Below, piece by piece: positions 29,393-38,438 of a stretch of 64,000 bases of DNA. Origin of the DNA: an uncultured Chloroflexia bacterium (GTDB lineage: Bacteria > Chloroflexota > Limnocylindria > Limnocylindrales > CSP1-4); assembly GCA_963715295.1 (NCBI GenBank), contig CAVQRP010000012.1, positions 17,792-81,791 of the forward strand, written 5' to 3'. Below the pieces are notes generated by a model. That model made no database searches, had not been told where the DNA came from, and saw only the letters and a program-made list of their open reading frames with translations. Every line of letters starts with the position of its first letter. The stretch's first letter is position 1. The translations under genes were made by a program, and so were the position numbers.

Positions 29393-30870
29393 GCCTGCCC
29401 CTCGACCGCACCGGCCGCCCGCAGCAGCTGCTCCACGAGCAGGTCGAGCTGAGCGCCGCGCGAGGCCTTGACCAGCACGGTGTCGCCCTCCTGCAGGGCT
29501 TGAAGCAGGTAGGCAAGCGCCTCGTCTCGACGCTCGACCGCGTGGACATGGGTGTCGTCCATGCCGGCGCTGACGGCACCGTCGGCGATGGCGAGGGCGC
29601 CTTCGCCGACGACCACGAGCTCGTCGGCCACGCCGGCTGCGACAGCGCCCACGCGACGATGCTCGGCGGCGGCGGTCTCGCCCAGCTCGAGCATCTCCCC
29701 CAGCACCGCGATGTGCCGGCCGGGCAGCTCGGCGAGCAGGCCCAGGGCTGCGATGACGGCGTCGGGAGACGCGTTGTAGGAGTCATCGAGGATGGTCCAC
29801 GCGGCGGCCCGGTGTAGCTGGGTGCGATGCGGCATGGAGAACAGACGCCCGAGGCCACGCACGATGTCACCTGCGTCCATGCCGGCGACGTGCGCGGCCG
29901 CGGCCGCGGCGAGGGCGTTGTGGACGCCGTGCCGGCCCAGCACGGGCGTGCTCACGTCATGGCTGCGGCCGGCGAGCCACAAACGGAAGCGCATGCCCTC
30001 GACGCCGAGCGAGACCACGTCGGTGGCGCGCACAGCGGCAGTCTCGCTGAAGCCGTATGTGAGCACCCGGGCCGGGGTCGCCGAGGCCATCCGCAGCACG
30101 CGCGCATCGTCAGCGTTGAGGATGGCCCAGCCGCCCGCGGGCAACGCCTCCACCAGCTCGCGCTTGCCGGCCTCGATGGCTTCGATGGAGCCGGCGCGCG
30201 AGAGGTGCACGCCACGGACGGCGGTGACGATGCCGATCGAAGGCCTGGCCAGTCGTGCCAGCAGCGCGATCTCACCGCTGGTGTAGAAGCCCATCTCCAG
30301 CACCGCCACCTCGTGCTCCGGGCGCAGCTGCAGCAGCGTCATGGGCAGGCCGATCTCGTTGTTCCAGTTGGCCGGACTGCGCAGGACGTCGAAGTCCTCG
30401 TCCAGCACCTCGGCCAGCTGCTCCTTGGTGGAGGTCTTGGCGAGCGAACCGGTGATGCCGATGACCAGTGGGTCGAAGCGATCGCGATAGACCGACGCCA
30501 CGGCGCCAAGTGCGACGGCGGCGTCATCCACGCGGACGATGGTCACCCCAGCCGCGCTCAGCGCATCCAGCCGCTCCGAGCCCAGCTCGGCAGTCACGAC
30601 CAGGGCACCCGCGCCGGCTGCTACGGCATCCTCAAGGAAGCGGTGCCCGTCGGTGCGCTCCCCGGGGAGCGCGAAGAAGATGACGCCCGGACGGACGAGC
30701 CGGGAGTCCACAGCAGCGCCGGCGCAGGTCCGGCTGCCGGCGCTGAGCAGCTGTCCGGCGGCCGCCTCAGCCAGTGTGCGGGCATCGAATCTCGTCGCGG
30801 CGTCGTTGGACGACGCCGCGCTGGGTGTGCTCTGGCTCGGCCCCTTGTTCACGGCGGCCCATCCTGACAC
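29389..30870 (-). CDS. murF: UDP-N-acetylmuramoyl-tripeptide--D-alanyl-D-alanine ligase
   Basis: FFALPGERTDGHRFL and IGITGSLAKTSTKE. ATGA overlap with mraY. Confidence 0.9.
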   Translation of the reverse strand: MSGWAAVNKGPSQSTPSAASSNDAATRFDARTLAEAAAGQLLSAGSRTCAGAAVDSRLVRPGVIFFALPGERTDGHRFLEDAVAAGAGALVVTAELGSERLDALSAAGVTIVRVDDAAVALGAVASVYRDRFDPLVIGITGSLAKTSTKEQLAEVLDEDFDVLRSPANWNNEIGLPMTLLQLRPEHEVAVLEMGFYTSGEIALLARLARPSIGIVTAVRGVHLSRAGSIEAIEAGKRELVEALPAGGWAILNADDARVLRMASATPARVLTYGFSETAAVRATDVVSLGVEGMRFRLWLAGRSHDVSTPVLGRHGVHNALAAAAAAHVAGMDAGDIVRGLGRLFSMPHRTQLHRAAAWTILDDSYNASPDAVIAALGLLAELPGRHIAVLGEMLELGETAAAEHRRVGAVAAGVADELVVVGEGALAIADGAVSAGMDDTHVHAVERRDEALAYLLQALQEGDTVLVKASRGAQLDLLVEQLLRAAGAVEGQA

Positions 30871-30872
30871 AA

Positions 30873-32831
30873 CTACGTCGGATCGCCGCGGGAGGCTGCG
30901 GCCTCGGACGCCACCTTGATGTCGTCGCCCTTGGCCCGCCTCGGCACCGCTGCCTCCGTCTCCTTGCGCTCCTGGCGTCGGGCATCCTGCCTGGACTGCC
31001 GCTGTGCTTCGCGGTCGCGAACCGGGTCGAGCATGGCGGCAGCCGCGGTGCCGATGATGGGCCGCCCGGCCGCCTTGTCGCGGGACTTCTTCATGTCGAG
31101 TTGCTCGATGGTGGCCCGCGCCACCATCTGGAAGGCTTCGTAGGACTCGATGTTCAACGGGATCTGGCCCTGCTTGATCCAGAGTGGACGCGGCTCCTCG
31201 ATGCGGACCGCGATCACGTACTCCTGCTTGCGTCCACCCACGAAGCCGACGAAGCTGTGATTGAAGCGTCGTTGCTTCCAGGTTCCCTTCTCCACGTCCC
31301 AGATCTGCGCGGTGCCGGTCTTGCCGCCGATGTGGTAGCCCCGGATGAGCGAGCCCTGGGCATACCAGGGCACGGAGCCGGTCACATGCGTAAGGATGTC
31401 CTTGGCCTGGCGCGCGGTCTTGGGCTCGAGCACCTTCACCGGCTCCACGGAGCCGGCCGCGCCGTCTGCCACGAGGTGGGGCTGCACGAGGTAGCCGCCG
31501 TTGACGAACGTGGAGACGCCGCGCGCCAGCTGCGGCAGCGTGACAGCGACCCCCTGGCCGAACGATCGGTTGGCCAGGTCCAGCGCTGCCCAGGGTTTCA
31601 GGTTCGGGTCAGCCCAGCTGCCGGACGCCTCGGCCGCGATGTCGACCCCTGTCGGCCTGGTCATGCCGACCTTCTGCCAGAAGTCGTAGAGCCTGTGGGA
31701 AGCCTTCTGCGTATCGTTGGGGGCGAGCATCCGCGCCAGCTTGGCCGCGACCACGTTTCGTGACAGCGCGATGCCGTCCTTGACGGCGAGGAGTCCCTCG
31801 CTCTGGTGGTCGGCGTTCTGGACGATGTCATCCCAGAACCGGAGCTGCACCTGGTCGCGGATCTTCGTCGTGGGTGTGACCTTGCCCGCGTCGAGCGCGG
31901 CGGCGGCGGTGAAGATCTTCATCACCGAGCCAGGCTCGTACTGGTCGCTGAAGACGCGGTTCCGCAGCGATGAGGAATCCCGGTCCCAGGCTGTCGCGAA
32001 CTCGTTGGCGTCGTAACTGGGTACGGACGCAGCGGCCAGGATAGCGCCCGTCTGCGGGTCCATGACGATGGCGCTCACGCTCTTGGCAGCGTTGGCCGCC
32101 CACACGCTGGTGAGGTCCTTCTCCACCTGCTTCTGGAGCCCGGCGTCCAGTGTCAGCGCGAGGGCCGCCGGCTCCACGCCGGAGAGATCTTCGGGTAACC
32201 CCTCGATACTGGCGAGGTCGATCGTCTCGGGGTCGACCGTGGTGAGACGATCGTCGTAGTAGCTCTCCACGCCGTCGCCGCCGCGGTTGTCAGCACGGAC
32301 GAATCCCAGCACGGTCGCGGCCAGGCTCGTGTGTTGCTGGCCGCCCTTCACCGGATAGCGCCGGAACTCGTGGGGTTGGAGGGCGATCCCCTTGAGGAGG
32401 CCGGCGTCGATGGCGCTGGCGAGCGCCTCGCTTTCCTCGAAGGTCAGCCGCGGGCGCAGGACCTCGTGCTGGTCTTCGACATCAGCGAGAGCCGCGAGGT
32501 AGCGCTCACGCTCGGCAGCGTCCAGGTCCAGGATGACCTCGAGCGTGTCCACGATGCCCACGTGGTTGGCGGGGTCGATGATGTCGGGGTGCGCGTCGAG
32601 GCTGTCGTAGGAGACGAGCCTGGCCAGCAGCTCGCCATCGCGGTCGAGGATGTCGCCGCGAACGGCCCTCGGAGGAGGGGCCCACGCGGTCTGTGCCTCG
32701 TAGCGCTCGGTGAGCTCGTCGGCCGCCACGACCTGCCAGTAGCCCAGGCGCAGTCCGGCGGCGCTGCCGAAGACGACGAAGACCAGGAGGATGGCCAGCA
32801 TCCGCAGACGGCTGTCCGTACGTCCCAGCAT
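30873..32831 (-). CDS. ftsI: Penicillin-binding protein 2/FtsI-type transpeptidase
   Basis: N-terminal TM anchor. Transpeptidase motifs are SVMK (GSVMKIF), SRN (ALSRNV) and KTGT (GGKTGTAQ). Confidence 0.9.
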   Translation of the reverse strand: MLGRTDSRLRMLAILLVFVVFGSAAGLRLGYWQVVAADELTERYEAQTAWAPPPRAVRGDILDRDGELLARLVSYDSLDAHPDIIDPANHVGIVDTLEVILDLDAAERERYLAALADVEDQHEVLRPRLTFEESEALASAIDAGLLKGIALQPHEFRRYPVKGGQQHTSLAATVLGFVRADNRGGDGVESYYDDRLTTVDPETIDLASIEGLPEDLSGVEPAALALTLDAGLQKQVEKDLTSVWAANAAKSVSAIVMDPQTGAILAAASVPSYDANEFATAWDRDSSSLRNRVFSDQYEPGSVMKIFTAAAALDAGKVTPTTKIRDQVQLRFWDDIVQNADHQSEGLLAVKDGIALSRNVVAAKLARMLAPNDTQKASHRLYDFWQKVGMTRPTGVDIAAEASGSWADPNLKPWAALDLANRSFGQGVAVTLPQLARGVSTFVNGGYLVQPHLVADGAAGSVEPVKVLEPKTARQAKDILTHVTGSVPWYAQGSLIRGYHIGGKTGTAQIWDVEKGTWKQRRFNHSFVGFVGGRKQEYVIAVRIEEPRPLWIKQGQIPLNIESYEAFQMVARATIEQLDMKKSRDKAAGRPIIGTAAAAMLDPVRDREAQRQSRQDARRQERKETEAAVPRRAKGDDIKVASEAAASRGDPT

Positions 32832-32833
32832 CG

Positions 32834-33226
32834 TCAGGGCGCCCGCAGCACGACGCGATCTCGCAGTGACTTCAAGCCCTGCGCGCGCGCCGCTTCGAGG
32901 ATGAGCTCGGAGTCGATGGCCGACGTCACGCCGAAGGCCTGTACGTCGAGCCGGGCCTCGAGGTCCTGTCTCGTCTCTTCGAGATGGCGGATCTCCGAGG
33001 TGGTGGCGTTGGTGCCCAACGTCTGCGTCAGGTACACCAGGCCCAGCATGGTGGCGGCCAGGATGCCGGCCAGCAGCAATCCCATCGAGCGGGCACGCGG
33101 ACCGGCCGCAACCGCCGCCGGCCGGGTTGCGCGCGGGCGCGCCACGGTGGCAGCGCGCGGCCGCGCCACGGCCCTAGCCGGCGGCAGCGCCGCCGTGCGT
33201 AGTCGGGCGCCCTGGAAGACAGCCAT
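32834..33226 (-). CDS. FtsL-like cell division protein (bitopic, coiled-coil)
   Basis: Arg/Ala-rich N-terminus, a single TM (MGLLLAGILAATMLGLVYL), then a heptad-like region. It sits immediately upstream of ftsI. Confidence 0.6.
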   Translation of the reverse strand: MAVFQGARLRTAALPPARAVARPRAATVARPRATRPAAVAAGPRARSMGLLLAGILAATMLGLVYLTQTLGTNATTSEIRHLEETRQDLEARLDVQAFGVTSAIDSELILEAARAQGLKSLRDRVVLRAP

Positions 33227-33429
33227 CAGCGGGGGCGAGCCGAGTCGGCGCTGTGATCGACGTTCAGGGCGCGGCGCGGAAGGGAGCTTTCAGGGTCCCA
33301 GGAGCCACCGCGGTCCCAGCCGCCAGGGCCCTCGAGGTCGATCTCGAGGTCGGCGCCGCGGCGAGCGCGGAGTTCCTTCATGCGGCGGCCGTATGCCTGT
33401 CGTCGCGAGCTGCCGTGTCCGTTGCTCAT
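33226..33429 (-). CDS. Hypothetical 67-aa charged protein wedged between rsmH and ftsL
   Basis: MSNGHGSSRRQAYGRRMKELRARRGADLEIDLEGPGGWDRGGSW... The ATG overlaps the rsmH stop (ATGA) and its stop overlaps the ftsL ATG (TGATG). Third positions are mostly G/C. Confidence 0.45.
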   Translation of the reverse strand: MSNGHGSSRRQAYGRRMKELRARRGADLEIDLEGPGGWDRGGSWDPESSLPRRALNVDHSADSARPR

Positions 33430-34379
33430 GCTGCAAGCCTCCTGGCGGCACGCAGCTTGGCGCTGCGTGCACGTGGGTTCGACGCCACTTCCGCCTGGCT
33501 GGGGAACTGTGGCTGAGCGCCGATGGCGGCGACGCGAGGGGTCTTGCCGCAAACGCACACCGGGAGCTCGGGTGGACAGGTGCAACCGCGTCGTTCCTGC
33601 GCCAGGAAGCGCTTGACGATGCGGTCCTCGAGTGAGTGGTAGCTGATGACGCAGAGCCGGCCTTCGGGCTTGAGCAGACCGACACAGGCATCGAGGGCCA
33701 CGGGCAGCGTCTCCAGCTCCCGGTTGACCTCGATACGCAGGGCCTGGAAGACGCGCGTGGCCGGATGGATGCGACGTCGCTGCCCGGAGCGGGGACGCGG
33801 TGTCGCCTGGGCCACGACCTCGGCCAGCCGGTCGGGGGTGCGGATGGGTCGCTCGGCGCGTTCGGTCACGATGGCGCGCGCGATGCGGCGCGCATGCGGC
33901 TCCTCGCCGTGGCGCTTGAAGATGCTAGCCAGGGCGGCCTCCTCGTAGCTGGCGATGACCTCGCTGGCGGGGATGCCGCGGCTGCTGTCGAAGCGCATGT
34001 CCAGTGCGTCGGTGGAGCGGAAGCTGAAGCCACGGTCGTCGGCGTCGAGCTGCTGGGAGCTCAGGCCGAGGTCCATGAGGATGCCGTCGACGGTGGTGAA
34101 GCCGGCGTCGGCCGCGACCGCACCGATGGCCTCGAAGTTGGCCTGGCGCAGGGTGGCCCGGTCGCCGAAGCCGGCAAGACGGACCCGGGAGCGCTCGACG
34201 GCCCTGGGATCGGCATCGATCCCCAGCAGCCTGCCGTTGGGGTCAGTGGCCCCCAGGATCCGAATGGCGTGCCCTCCGCCGCCAACGGTCGCATCGATCT
34301 GGAAGCTGCCCGGGTGCGGCGAGAGAGCCAAGATGACCTCCTCAAGCATCACGGGCAGGTGCCCTACTTCCTGTTCCAT
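33426..34379 (-). CDS. rsmH: 16S rRNA (cytosine1402-N4)-methyltransferase
   Basis: Internal ATG (MEQEVGHLPVMLEEV) of ORF 33426..34751. Motifs are DATVGGGGH and ISYHSLEDRIVK. Confidence 0.95.
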   Translation of the reverse strand: MEQEVGHLPVMLEEVILALSPHPGSFQIDATVGGGGHAIRILGATDPNGRLLGIDADPRAVERSRVRLAGFGDRATLRQANFEAIGAVAADAGFTTVDGILMDLGLSSQQLDADDRGFSFRSTDALDMRFDSSRGIPASEVIASYEEAALASIFKRHGEEPHARRIARAIVTERAERPIRTPDRLAEVVAQATPRPRSGQRRRIHPATRVFQALRIEVNRELETLPVALDACVGLLKPEGRLCVISYHSLEDRIVKRFLAQERRGCTCPPELPVCVCGKTPRVAAIGAQPQFPSQAEVASNPRARSAKLRAARRLAA

Positions 34380-34431
34380 CAACGATCCGACCGCCCCGAC
34401 GGTCCACCCGGACCCTGGAGGCTCATATGGT

Positions 34432-34860
34432 CTAGATGCCCAGGCCCTGGAGAGACTCGGCGAGAGCCTCCGGCTGGTCCATCTGCTCGCTGAACTTGCT
34501 CCACCGCTGCGGCGACCACAGCTCGATGCGATTACCAGCCCCGACCACCACGACCTCTGACTGCAGCCCCGCGGATTCGCGGAGCGTCGGCGGGAGGACG
34601 AAGCGACCCTGGCGATCGAGCGAGACCTCGTAGGCCGAGCCGTAGAGCAAGCGCCGAAGCGTGCGAGACCGGTTGTCGGTGAACGGGAGGGCGTCGATCT
34701 GCTCGGCGAGGGCTTCCCACACTGCGGCGGGATGCAGCGCCACGCAGCCATCCATCCAATTGCTCACCTGGGCGCCCTGAGCGAGTTCCGCACGGAAGCG
34801 AACCGGGACCGCGAGACGTCCCTTGTCGTCGACCGTGTGTCGATACTCACCTGTGAACAC
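34432..34860 (-). CDS. mraZ: Transcriptional regulator MraZ
   Basis: 142 aa with two DxxGR motifs (DDKGRLAVP and DRQGRFVLP). Confidence 0.95.
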   Translation of the reverse strand: MFTGEYRHTVDDKGRLAVPVRFRAELAQGAQVSNWMDGCVALHPAAVWEALAEQIDALPFTDNRSRTLRRLLYGSAYEVSLDRQGRFVLPPTLRESAGLQSEVVVVGAGNRIELWSPQRWSKFSEQMDQPEALAESLQGLGI

Positions 34861-35007
34861 CGGGCTGGGCCTGCTCCGACTGTGACATCGCTAGTGGCCA
34901 GCGGCCGGGCATCTCCCGACTCCTTCACTGACGATGAGAACCGGCTACCTGCCGCATGTCGGCCACCTCACGGCGGTGTGCCGACCGGACGGGTTCACCT
35001 CTCCTCC

Positions 35008-35033
35008 CCACTTTGCACCACTTCGTGCCACTT
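35008..35033 (-). promoter_or_regulatory. Putative MraZ operator: three AAGTGG direct repeats with exact 10-bp spacing
   Basis: The minus strand reads AAGTGGcacgAAGTGGtgcaAAGTGGgg, about 150 nt upstream of mraZ and immediately downstream of a -10 element. Confidence 0.6.
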
Positions 35034-35041
35034 GGATGGGC

Positions 35042-35069
35042 ATGATACCCAATCCGTGGGCTCCGTCAA
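35042..35069 (-). promoter_or_regulatory. Sigma70-like promoter of the mraZ/dcw operon
   Basis: The minus strand reads TTGACG-n16-TATCAT. An AT-rich hexamer stands out in the GC-rich context. Confidence 0.45.
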
Positions 35070-35206
35070 GGGTCGTTTCGCAGGTGCTCCCCACGACCGT
35101 GGTCGGGGTGCTGCAGGACGCATGGGCCGGGGTACCGATTGGCCATAGTCCGTCGCGCCGCGCAGCCGATAGCGTCCATTTCCCAGTCGCCTGCAGAGGT
35201 AATGAC

Positions 35207-35554
35207 GTGACCATCGCTCGGCGCCGGCCGACGACCCTCAACGTGATCGCGGCACCCATGCCGACCGCGCCAGCGGTGCGCCCGCCGCTGCCCGGTCTGC
35301 GCGTGCCCGTGCCGCTGGGTGACGCCCCGGCGCCGGAGATCGTCACCCCCGTGGGTCGTTTGCGACGCTGCACGTTCCGCCGCATCGACCGGGTCGGGAC
35401 GCTGCCCGCGCGCAGTGGTCGCACCGAGTACGAGGTGATGTGCCTCTACTACGGCAAGGACGAGGAGCCGCTGGCGCTGGGTGACATCAGCGCGGCCCGT
35501 CCCGTGTGTGAGGGCTGCACCGCAGACGGCATCTTCCGCCCCGACGAGGCCTGA
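35207..35554 (+). CDS. Hypothetical Pro-rich/4-Cys protein divergent from mraZ (alternative ATG at 35258)
   Basis: This is the 3' part of ORF 34934..35554. GC3 is strongly high from about 35207 onward. Sequence includes ...RLRRCTFRRIDRVG...YEVMCLYYGKDEEPLALGDISAARPVCEGCTADGIFRPDEA. I recognise no family. Confidence 0.5.
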   Translation: MTIARRRPTTLNVIAAPMPTAPAVRPPLPGLRVPVPLGDAPAPEIVTPVGRLRRCTFRRIDRVGTLPARSGRTEYEVMCLYYGKDEEPLALGDISAARPVCEGCTADGIFRPDEA

Positions 35555-35660
35555 TCGCCCGCCTCCCGCGGGATCGTCGCCCTGGCGGCTGCGGTGGCCG
35601 ATGGTGCCCGGCCTGACGGCACCGGACTGGAAGCCGTGCCCGCCGCCGCTGCCAGACATG

Positions 35661-35697
35661 AGACGACGCCCGCCCCGGTGTGGGACGGGCGTCGTCT
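35661..35697. terminator. Strong hairpin between convergent genes
   Basis: AGACGACGCCCG...CGGGCGTCGTCT is a 12-bp perfect stem, with 3 additional C-G pairs inside. There is no U tract on either strand. Confidence 0.4.
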
Positions 35698-35747
35698 ACT
35701 AGTGGTCGCGGGTCGCGATCGACCCGCCGCCGTGGGGACTCCTCGCG

Positions 35748-36395
35748 CTACGCCGCGGGTGACTCCTCGGCCATCTCGGGCGACATCGACTCGCCCGCCA
35801 TCTCGTCACCGCCGGCCTCATCACCGAGGGCGGCATCCACGGCACCCAGCTCGTCGCAGATCAGCCACGTGCCGTCATCGCCGGGCACCAGCGTGATCTC
35901 CTCGGAGATCTCCGTCGATTCGGCCTGGAACTCGGACATCATCATGCCGCTGAACATCTCGACAGTCTCAGGCGTGACCTCCATGCCGCTCATCTCGAGC
36001 AGCGCCTCGATGAAGGGCCCCAACGCCTCAAGGTTGATGTCCATGGTCATCGATCCATCGACCTGGACCACAGCCTCGGTGTCAGACTGGCTCACCACCG
36101 ACATCGAAGCGATCTCGGTGTCGAGGATGAAGGCATCGAGCAGACTGTTGACGTCCATGCCGGGCGGCAGACCTTCGGTCAGGTTGCCCATGTCAAGCAC
36201 GCCCATCTGGTCGGCGAACTCGGCACAGAAGTAGGTGGGCAGTGCCTCGAAGTCCTTGGCCTCGATGGCGGCCATGAGGCCCTCGATGGTGGCCTCCGGG
36301 CCGTCCTGGGCCATCACGACGGGGCCCGACACGAGAGAGAGCGAGAGCGCCAGGCTGCCGGCGACGGCGGCCATGCGCGTGCGGGGGTTGGACAT
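35748..36395 (-). CDS. Hypothetical secreted acidic, Met-rich protein
   Basis: Signal peptide MAAVAGSLALSLSLVSGPVVMAQD followed by a very acidic mature part. I recognise no family. Confidence 0.7.
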   Translation of the reverse strand: MSNPRTRMAAVAGSLALSLSLVSGPVVMAQDGPEATIEGLMAAIEAKDFEALPTYFCAEFADQMGVLDMGNLTEGLPPGMDVNSLLDAFILDTEIASMSVVSQSDTEAVVQVDGSMTMDINLEALGPFIEALLEMSGMEVTPETVEMFSGMMMSEFQAESTEISEEITLVPGDDGTWLICDELGAVDAALGDEAGGDEMAGESMSPEMAEESPAA

Positions 36396-36504
36396 GTGGA
36401 TGACGACTCCTTCTTGGTTGGACAGGCAGCATCGGTCGATGCCCGTCGCATGAGTCTAGCGCGCTGGTGGGCCGGCTCAGAGACTCGATGGTCCCGGTCC
36501 CTCG

Positions 36505-37428
36505 CTATGCATCAGCACCCGAGAGCGCGTCGAGTCGGGTGATCCAGTATTCCGTCTCCGGCGTGGCATCCGTGCCGAAGCGGGCGTTGACGGCCCAGAG
36601 GTCGTCACCCAGCAGCGCCAGCGTGGTGGGCACGTCGAACTCGTCAGCCGTCAGCTCCGCCAGCAGCGAGGCTGAGGCGGCCTCCTCGTCCAGCTCCAGC
36701 GCCACCACGAGGTTGGAGCTGTTGCGCAGGACGTACAGGGTGTCGCCGTCGAGCTCCATGCCATCGCCGCCGGTCAGCGAGACGTCGCCGATGTCGACGA
36801 GCGCCGCCTCGCCGGTGGCGGGATCGACGCGATACAGCTCGCCGTTGCCGGAGTGGACCACGATGAGGCCTGCCGGCGCGGCCACGATGCCGTTGACGTT
36901 GAAGCCCTCGCCGTAGACCAGGTCCCCGCTGAGCGGGATCGGCGTGACCGCCTCGGCATCGGGGAGAGCGCCGTCTGCGCCCAGCGGGATGGCCAGTAGC
37001 TGGGGCACGAACGAGTCGGTCACGTAGACGGCATCCTCGGTGGCGGCGATGTCGTTGAAGAAGCCGCCCTCCAGCGTGTAGGTCGCCAGCAGCTCGCCGC
37101 TGGCGGCATCGTACGCGCGCACCTCGCCGGTGGGGCCCCCGGCCGTCCACAGCCGGCCGTAGGCATCGTGCTCGATACCGGCAGCGACGCGACCCTCGGC
37201 ACCCTCGGCCAGGATCGCCCCGTCGCCGGTGGCTGGATCGACACGCCAGATGGCCCCGTCGGCGAGCGATCCTGCGAACAGGCTGGTGCCGTCGGCGGTG
37301 ATGCCCTCTGGCGCCCAGCCGTCGGGCAGGTCGAGGCGATCGAGCCCATCGTCCTGTGCCGCCACGGGCGCAGCGACGAGGGCGATGGTGAGGATGCCGG
37401 CGAAGCCGGCGGGGATGACACGGCGCAT
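36505..37428 (-). CDS. Secreted beta-propeller protein (SMP-30/gluconolactonase/LRE-like or NHL-type repeats)
   Basis: Internal ATG (MRRVIPAGFAGILTIALVAAPVAAQD) preceded by a GAGAGGTG SD. Repeated ...G.L(Y/W)V.D... blades are present. The longer track ORF would overlap RNase P RNA. Confidence 0.75.
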   Translation of the reverse strand: MRRVIPAGFAGILTIALVAAPVAAQDDGLDRLDLPDGWAPEGITADGTSLFAGSLADGAIWRVDPATGDGAILAEGAEGRVAAGIEHDAYGRLWTAGGPTGEVRAYDAASGELLATYTLEGGFFNDIAATEDAVYVTDSFVPQLLAIPLGADGALPDAEAVTPIPLSGDLVYGEGFNVNGIVAAPAGLIVVHSGNGELYRVDPATGEAALVDIGDVSLTGGDGMELDGDTLYVLRNSSNLVVALELDEEAASASLLAELTADEFDVPTTLALLGDDLWAVNARFGTDATPETEYWITRLDALSGADA

Positions 37429-37519
37429 GAGGTCACCTCTCGTGAAGGGGCCGGAGAGAGGCCCGATGGGGAGACGATGGCAACATGCCACGACGAACGG
37501 ATGACGGACGGTCGCAGGA

Positions 37520-37866
37520 AAGCCAGTGAGGCGCCCTGTAAGCCGAGTTCTGTCCCGCAGTGCGGGGATGGTCATCCATCTGGGACGCCGGTCACCCGAC
37601 GCCTCATGCGGCCGACCCGAGAGCGGGGCGACGCACCCCCGTGCGGCTCGCGCCGCACGTGCCCTCCTATTTGGCCTTGCACCAGGTAGAGCTTGCCCGT
37701 TTCACCCGGCCGACGACCGAAGCCGCGGCCGACTCGTCTCTGTGGCGCTGGTCCTCACCTCGCGGTGGACGGGAGTTACCCGCTACCCCGCGTCGTGGTG
37801 CTCGGACTTTCCTCGAACGACGGGTCACCCCGCCGCCCGCGACCATCCGGACACCTCACTGGCCGA
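37520..37866 (-). ncRNA. rnpB: RNase P RNA, bacterial type A
   Basis: The minus strand contains CGAGGAAAGTCCGAGC (P4 5' strand), GGGTGAAACGG, and ACAGAACTCGGCTTACAG (P4 3' strand region). The terminal P1 pairing is GCCAGTGAGG / CCTCACTGGC. Confidence 0.9.
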
Positions 37867-37973
37867 TGGACTCTAGCACCAGTGAGAGGAGAACCAGCGA
37901 ATGACGTGCCGCCCCGCGGTAGACGTCGAGGCGGAAGACACGCGGACTGCCGATTCCTGCCGCCGCGCCGGAC

Positions 37974-38438
37974 TCAGGCCCGGTACCTGGCCTCCAGGCG
38001 GGCAGCGGCTGCAGGATCGTCGAGGGCCAGGTTGGCGAGCGCGTCGGCAGCCTTGTTGGTGGCGCGCGGCTCATGCGTCGCCTGCCAGCGCTCGAAGCCC
38101 GCGAGGAGCTCCCTGGCCTCGGCCCAGAGCACCTTCATCTTGGCGTCCTTCACGCGCCAGCGGCCGTGCAACTGCTCCACGATGAGCTTGGAATCGAGGC
38201 GCAGGTCGATCTGGCGCGCACCCAGCCGCTGCGCCTCCTTGAGCGCCAGCACCAGGGCGGTGTACTCGGCCACGTTGTTGGTCTGGACACCCAGCGGCCG
38301 CGACACCACCGAGAGCGGCGGCGCGTCCACGCTGGCGGCGTCAGGCCGCGACGCGTCGATCAACACGGCACCGGCAGACGCCGGGCCGGGGTTGGAACGT
38401 GAGGCACCATCGGTGCGGATGAGCAGGCGGTCGGCCAC
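37974..38438 (-). CDS. rnhA: Ribonuclease HI family protein
   Basis: IRTDGASRSNPGPASAG and NNVAEYTALVLAL, an RNase H fold with DEDD contexts. The GTG start overlaps the sdhB TAG (TAGTG). Confidence 0.85.
   Translation of the reverse strand: MADRLLIRTDGASRSNPGPASAGAVLIDASRPDAASVDAPPLSVVSRPLGVQTNNVAEYTALVLALKEAQRLGARQIDLRLDSKLIVEQLHGRWRVKDAKMKVLWAEARELLAGFERWQATHEPRATNKAADALANLALDDPAAAARLEARYRA

Noticed and set aside
37429-37575. N-terminal extension of the beta-propeller ORF (track start at 37575).
   Set aside because: It would overlap the 3' part of RNase P RNA. The internal ATG at 37428 has an SD and is followed immediately by a signal peptide.
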